From NCBI GenBank assembly GCA_040954595.2, contig CM082587.2:9119403-9183402 (forward strand): DNA of 64,000 bases, given 5' to 3'. Position 1 is the stretch's first letter, and every line of letters begins with the position of its first letter. This DNA comes from Balanoglossus misakiensis. Taxonomy: Eukaryota > Animalia > Hemichordata. Below the pieces are notes generated by a model that had not been told where the DNA came from, made no database searches, and was given only the letters and a program-made list of their open reading frames with translations. Shown one piece after another: positions 58,592-64,000 of this stretch. The position numbers and the translations under genes were made by a program.

Positions 58592-59135
58592 CAATTTGTT
58601 TTTTTAACTTTGCCATTAAAGAATCGTGTCGGGTTATATTTTTTCTCGCATGTGTCCGTTTTATTCCTTTTTATCCAAGTGCCTTCATTCTATGATTACT
58701 TTTTGCAAAACAGAACAAACCAAACCACAATTTTTTATAGCCCCCTTGCCTTATAAGATACGGAAGATCGCTCGGTCACACACAAAATTGGCCAGATCGG
58801 GCTATGTGTTCAATAGTATAGACTTGGGGTTTATAGCAGTAGAAATTCAAGTATCCTTTGCCTACGTCAATTTGTTTTTTTAACTTTGCCATTAAAGAAT
58901 CGTGTCGGGTTATATTTTTTCTCGCATGTGTCCGTTTTATTCCTTTTTATCCAAGTGCCTTCATTCTATGATTACTTTTTGCAAAACAGAACAAACCAAA
59001 CCACAATTTTTTATAGCCCCCTTGCCTTATAAGATACGGAAGATCGCTCGGTCACACACAAAATTGGCCAGATCGGGCTATGTGTTCAATAGTATAGACT
59101 TGGGGTTTATAGCAGTAGAAATTCAAGCATCCTCC

Positions 59136-59255
59136 GCCTACGGCCATACCACGTAGAATACGCCGGTTCTCGTCTGATCACCGAAGCAAACCTGCGTTGG
59201 GCGTAGTTAGTACTTGGATGGGAGACCGCCTGGGAATACTACGTGCTGTAGGCTT
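59136..59255 (+). rRNA. 5S rRNA
   Basis: Array copy. Confidence 0.96.
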
Positions 59256-59528
59256 CAATTTGTTTTTTTAACTTTGCCATTAAAGAATCGTGTCGGGTTA
59301 TATTTTTTCTCGCATGTGTCCGTTTTATTCCTTTTTATCCAAGTGCCTTCATTCTATGATTACTTTTTGCAAAACAGAACAAACCAAATTAAACCACAAT
59401 TTTTTATAGCCCCCTTGCCTTCTAAGATACGGAAGATCGCTCGGTCACACACAAAATTGGCCAGATCGGGCTATGTGTTCAATAGTATAGACTTGGGGTT
59501 TATAGCAGTAGAAATTCAAGCATCCTTC

Positions 59529-59648
59529 GCCTACGGCCATACCACGTAGAATACGCCGGTTCTCGTCTGATCACCGAAGCAAACCTGCGTTGGGCGTAGT
59601 TAGTACTTGGATGGGAGACCGCCTGGGAATACTACGTGCTGTAGGCTT
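59529..59648 (+). rRNA. 5S rRNA
   Basis: Array copy. Confidence 0.96.
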
Positions 59649-59921
59649 CAATTTGTTTTTTTAACTTTGCCATTAAAGAATCGTGTCGGGTTATATTTTT
59701 TCTCGCATGTGTCCGTTTTATTCCTTTTTATCCAAGTGCCTTCATTCTATGATTACTTTTTGCAAAACAGAACAAACCAAATTAAACCACAATTTTTTAT
59801 AGCCCCCTTGCCTTCTAAGATACGGAAGATCGCTCGGTCACACACAAAATTGGCCAGATCGGGCTATGTGTTCAATAGTATAGACTTGGGGTTTATAGCA
59901 GTAGAAATTCAAGCATCCTTC

Positions 59922-60041
59922 GCCTACGGCCATACCACGTAGAATACGCCGGTTCTCGTCTGATCACCGAAGCAAACCTGCGTTGGGCGTAGTTAGTACT
60001 TGGATGGGAGACCGCCTGGGAATACTACGTGCTGTAGGCTT
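59922..60041 (+). rRNA. 5S rRNA
   Basis: Array copy. Confidence 0.96.
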
Positions 60042-60314
60042 CAATTTGTTTTTTTAACTTTGCCATTAAAGAATCGTGTCGGGTTATATTTTTTCTCGCA
60101 TGTGTCCGTTTTATTCCTTTTTATCCAAGTGCCTTCATTCTATGATTACTTTTTGCAAAACAGAACAAACCAAATTAAACCACAATTTTTTATAGCCCCC
60201 TTGCCTTCTAAGATACGGAAGATCGCTCGGTCACACACAAAATTGGCCAGATCGGGCTATGTGTTCAATAGTATAGACTTGGGGTTTATAGCAGTAGAAA
60301 TTCAAGCATCCTTC

Positions 60315-60434
60315 GCCTACGGCCATACCACGTAGAATACGCCGGTTCTCGTCTGATCACCGAAGCAAACCTGCGTTGGGCGTAGTTAGTACTTGGATGG
60401 GAGACCGCCTGGGAATACTACGTGCTGTAGGCTT
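60315..60434 (+). rRNA. 5S rRNA
   Basis: Array copy. Confidence 0.96.
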
Positions 60435-60708
60435 CAAATTGTTTTTTTTTTTTTAACTTTGCCATTAAAGAATCGTGTCGGGTTATATTTTTTCTCGCAT
60501 GTGTCCGTTTTATTCCTTTTTATCCAAGTGCCTTCATTCTATGATTACTTTTTGCAAAACAGAACAAACCAAACCACAATTTTTTATAGCCCCCTTGCCT
60601 TATAAGGTATGGAAGATCGCTCGGTCACACACAAAATTGGCCAGATCGGGCTATGTGTTTAATAGTATAGACTTGGGGTTTATAGCAGTAGAAATTCAAG
60701 CATCCTTC

Positions 60709-60828
60709 GCCTACGGCCATACCACGTAGAATACGCCGGTTCTCGTCTGATCACCGAAGCAAACCTGCGTTGGGCGTAGTTAGTACTTGGATGGGAGACC
60801 GCCTGGGAATACTACGTGCTGTAGGCTT
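60709..60828 (+). rRNA. 5S rRNA
   Basis: Array copy. Confidence 0.96.
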
Positions 60829-61101
60829 CAATTTGTTTTTTTAACTTTGCCATTAAAGAATCGTGTCGGGTTATATTTTTTCTCGCATGTGTCCGTTTTA
60901 TTCCTTTTTATCCAAGTGCCTTCATTCTATGATTACTTTTTGCAAAACAGAACAAACCAAATTAAACCACAATTTTTTATAGCCCCCTTGCCTTCTAAGA
61001 TACGGAAGATCGCTCGGTCACACACAAAATTGGCCAGATCGGGCTATGTGTTCAATAGTATAGACTTGGGGTTTATAGCAGTAGAAATTCAAGCATCCTT
61101 C

Positions 61102-61221
61102 GCCTACGGCCATACCACGTAGAATACGCCGGTTCTCGTCTGATCACCGAAGCAAACCTGCGTTGGGCGTAGTTAGTACTTGGATGGGAGACCGCCTGGG
61201 AATACTACGTGCTGTAGGCTT
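61102..61221 (+). rRNA. 5S rRNA
   Basis: Array copy. Confidence 0.96.
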
Positions 61222-61771
61222 CAAATTGTTTTTTTTTTTTTAACTTTGCCATTAAAGAATCGTGTCGGGTTATATTTTTTCTCGCATGTGTCCGTTTTAT
61301 TCCTTTTTATCCAAGTGCCTTCATTCTATGATTACTTTTTGCAAAACAGAACAAACCAAACCACAATTTTTTATAGCCCCCTTGCCTTATAAGGTATGGA
61401 AGATCGCTCGGTCACACACAAAATTGGCCAGATCGGGCTATGTGTTTAATAGTATAGACTTGGGGTTTATAGCAGTAGAAATTCAAGTATCCTTTGCCTA
61501 CGTCAATTTGTTTTTTTAACTTTGCCATTAAAGAATCGTGTCGGGTTATATTTTTTCTCGCATGTGTCCGTTTTATTCCTTTTTATCCAAGTGCCTTCAT
61601 TCTATGATTACTTTTTGCAAAACAGAACAAACCAAACCACAATTTTTTATAGCCCCCTTGCCTTATAAGATACGGAAGATCGCTCGGTCACACACAAAAT
61701 TGGCCAGATCGGGCTATGTGTTCAATAGTATAGACTTGGGGTTTATAGCAGTAGAAATTCAAGCATCCTTC

Positions 61772-61891
61772 GCCTACGGCCATACCACGTAGAATACGCC
61801 GGTTCTCGTCTGATCACCGAAGCAAACCTGCGTTGGGCGTAGTTAGTACTTGGATGGGAGACCGCCTGGGAATACTACGTGCTGTAGGCTT
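61772..61891 (+). rRNA. 5S rRNA (last full copy)
   Basis: Array copy. Confidence 0.96.
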
Positions 61892-62765
61892 CAATTTGTT
61901 TTTTTAACTTTGCCATTAAAGAATCGTGTCGGGTTATATTTTTTCTCGCATGTGTCCGTTTTATTCCTTTTTATCCAAGTGCCTTCATTCTATGATTACT
62001 TTTTGCAAAACAGAACAAACCAAATTAAACCACAATTTTTTATAGCCCCCTTGCCTTCTAAGATACGGAAGATCGCTCGGTCACACACAAAATTGGCCAG
62101 ATCGGGCTATGTGTTCAATAGTATAGACTTGGGGTTTATAGCAGTAGAAATTCAAGTATCCTTTGCCTACGTCAATTTGTTTTTTTAACTTTGCCATTAA
62201 AGAATCGTGTCGGGTTATATTTTTTCTCGCATGTGTCCGTTTTATTCCTTTTTATCCAAGTGCCTTCATTCTATGATTACTTTTTGCAAAACAGAACAAA
62301 CCAAACCACAATTTTTTATAGCCCCCTTGCCTTTCACCTAGGCCTGAATGTTGAGGGAATTATTATCCTTGGAGGGCCACCATCACATTCACTCTTGAGG
62401 CTCAATTTTCCATTTCCCAAACTTAATGTAACATTCACTTTGTCAGTATTAGGACCCTTGCGTTCGCGTTCTTGCTAAGTCCAAAATTGGGGCTAAAATT
62501 ACACCGATATTGTCTGCCTACACTGGATGTAATTCTGAGACATCATTAATCAGTTCACATAAAAAAGTCATTTATTTCCAATAATATATCCGTAACTTCT
62601 TCAAGTTACATTTCTCTTGAAATGTATGAATGCAACAAGAAATGACAACAAATATCAAGGTCTTTCACTGTATCTTCTTTTAAAATATGTCGGTGCTGCC
62701 TCAAATAACCATTCTGGATCGACGACACATAAATTTCTAGAGGAAGAAAAAGAACATATTATTAA

Positions 62766-63790
62766 TTATTATACATCTAGTGCCGAGAACAATAGATTTT
62801 GGCGTGCAATAAAAAGCCGTACGGAACGGTACGTACGGAACGTGCGTTAAATAAGCCTCAAGTTTCAAGGTGCCCCAACTCACCATGTACAGGTATGCGT
62901 TGTTATGCGGACGGTTTAAAGACACCCCACTCCAATGCACGCGCACGTACGTAAACAAAAAAGAAAGATGGCTGCTCACTGAGTCAACTGAGCGGTTTTC
63001 GATCGATTGTATCGGCATTTTGGGCGTTTTGAAAGCCAAGAAACATGCAACACAAGAACTAACGGAGATGTAAGATGTATAATAATAAGGTTAGGCTGCA
63101 TTCACAAACACCTCTGGAGGGGGGGACAGGAGAATTGAGGGGGGGGATTTGAAAAAATTGAGGGTATGTAAGGGGGGGGGATTTGAAATAATTTAGGGAC
63201 TGAAAGGGGGGGACTTGAAAACTTTAACGACTAAATATTTATTTTGAGTCCACAAAAATGCAGTTTCGCACCCTTTAATTTACAAAATTTTCTAATGGGA
63301 GGGGGACACCCCCTCCCAAACCCACCCCCTTCAATTCTCGGTGTACAATGTCTCCCAACACAGAATACAAATATATGTACTTAAACAATAAAAACAATGT
63401 TCAGTTTTAATACCCACTGATGAGGGGAAACATCAGTTTCAAATTCTTTTCATGGGAGCGCTGTTTTTCTTTTTACAAGATAGATAGGTGATGTGTTTTG
63501 CTCTGTGAAAGAAAATGGGGGGGGGATTTCAAAATTTTGGCAGTTCGGAAGGGGGGGATTTGAAAATATTGGCAGTTTGGAAGGGGGGCATGTGAAAATT
63601 AGCGGTAAAAAAAATTGAATTCTCCCGCCCCCCCCTCCAGAGGTGTTTGTGAATGCAGCCTTATTACGAAAATACCGCAAAGTATGCACTCGGACATTAG
63701 CGCAGCGCATCGCCCTCTGCTGCGCGTCGAGCGATACTTGGCGCTAATGTCCTCGTGCATACTTTGCGGTATTTTCGTAATAACCTCATA
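62766..63790 (-). mobile_element. Non-autonomous hairpin cassette (Crypton-like); hairpin interrupted by a MITE
   Basis: Perfect 13-bp inverted boxes TTATTATACATCT (62766) and AGATGTATAATAA (63073); hairpin ATAAGG[MITE]TTATTACGAAAATACC...GGTATTTTCGTAATAACCTCAT. Confidence 0.75.
63094..63660. mobile_element. PIF/Harbinger-like G-rich MITE
   Basis: ~32-bp TIR GGCTGCATTCACAAACACCTCTGGAGGGGGGG; TTA TSD at 63091-63093 and 63661-63663. Confidence 0.85.
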
Positions 63791-63798
63791 GTATTATA

Positions 63799-64000
63799 TT
63801 ATACCAGTATATTGATGGTGTAAATCACGCCATTTGATTGGTCGAGACACGTCATGTGACCGTGATATATTAGCCATATACCACAGTCATATATCATAGT
63901 CAAAGAAAATGCCTTTTTAAAATGTTTTATGCAAAGTTTCAATATACTGGCATAATATAATAGCAATAAAACACCCCCAGCCATGGTATACCACTCGATT
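63799..64000 (-). mobile_element. Non-autonomous hairpin cassette running off the window end
   Basis: 17-bp inverted boxes TTATACCAGTATATTGA (63799) and TCAATATACTGGCATAA (63939), then TATAATAGCAATAA as at 4850. Confidence 0.65.

Larger units (their letters stand above)
36963..62332 (+). repeat. 5S rDNA tandem array (68 units; mostly 388/393 bp, 276/281 bp where the gene is deleted)
   Basis: Near-identical units, each with a 120-nt 5S gene, TTTATAG at about -30 and a downstream T7-T15 run; both edges lie inside the window. Confidence 0.98.

Noticed and set aside
36963-62332. CRISPR-like or cassette array interpretation of the regular repeat
   Set aside because: Spacers are near-identical rather than unique, and the conserved part is a 120-nt 5S rRNA gene.
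37019-62478. Dozens of repeated 64-112 aa ORFs (MDGRPPGNTT..., MSGYIFSRMC...)
   Set aside because: Translations of 5S gene plus spacer; mostly non-ATG starts, freely frameshifted by 5-bp and T-run indels.

Overview
Metazoan genomic DNA. The 5S sequence and repeat content suggest a marine invertebrate deuterostome such as an acorn worm (inference). The window has three zones. (1) 1-36.6 kb: 35 coding exons of a + strand CABIN1 gene (HIRA/UBN1/CABIN1 histone-chaperone subunit). The first exons lie upstream of the window, the stop is at 34558-34560, and the introns are packed with DNA-transposon derivatives: Kolobok-like TTAA MITEs, piggyBac-, Mutator-, AcademH- and Tc1/mariner-like elements, plus a Penelope fragment. 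(2) 36.96-62.33 kb: a complete co-oriented 5S rDNA tandem array. By my count it has 57 full 120-nt genes, 1 5'-truncated gene and 10 gene-less units, with higher-order duplications. The many repeated ORFs there are artefacts. (3) The most interesting signal is a family of 'hairpin + box ... inverted box' cassettes found at about 8 places. One cassette carries a frameshifted Crypton-type (DUF3504) tyrosine recombinase. These cassettes stack end-to-end at 22.0-25.2 kb and 62.8-64 kb with only 6-9 bp junctions, one of which looks like a loxP/FRT-type site. All family assignments are from motif recognition; no database search was run.
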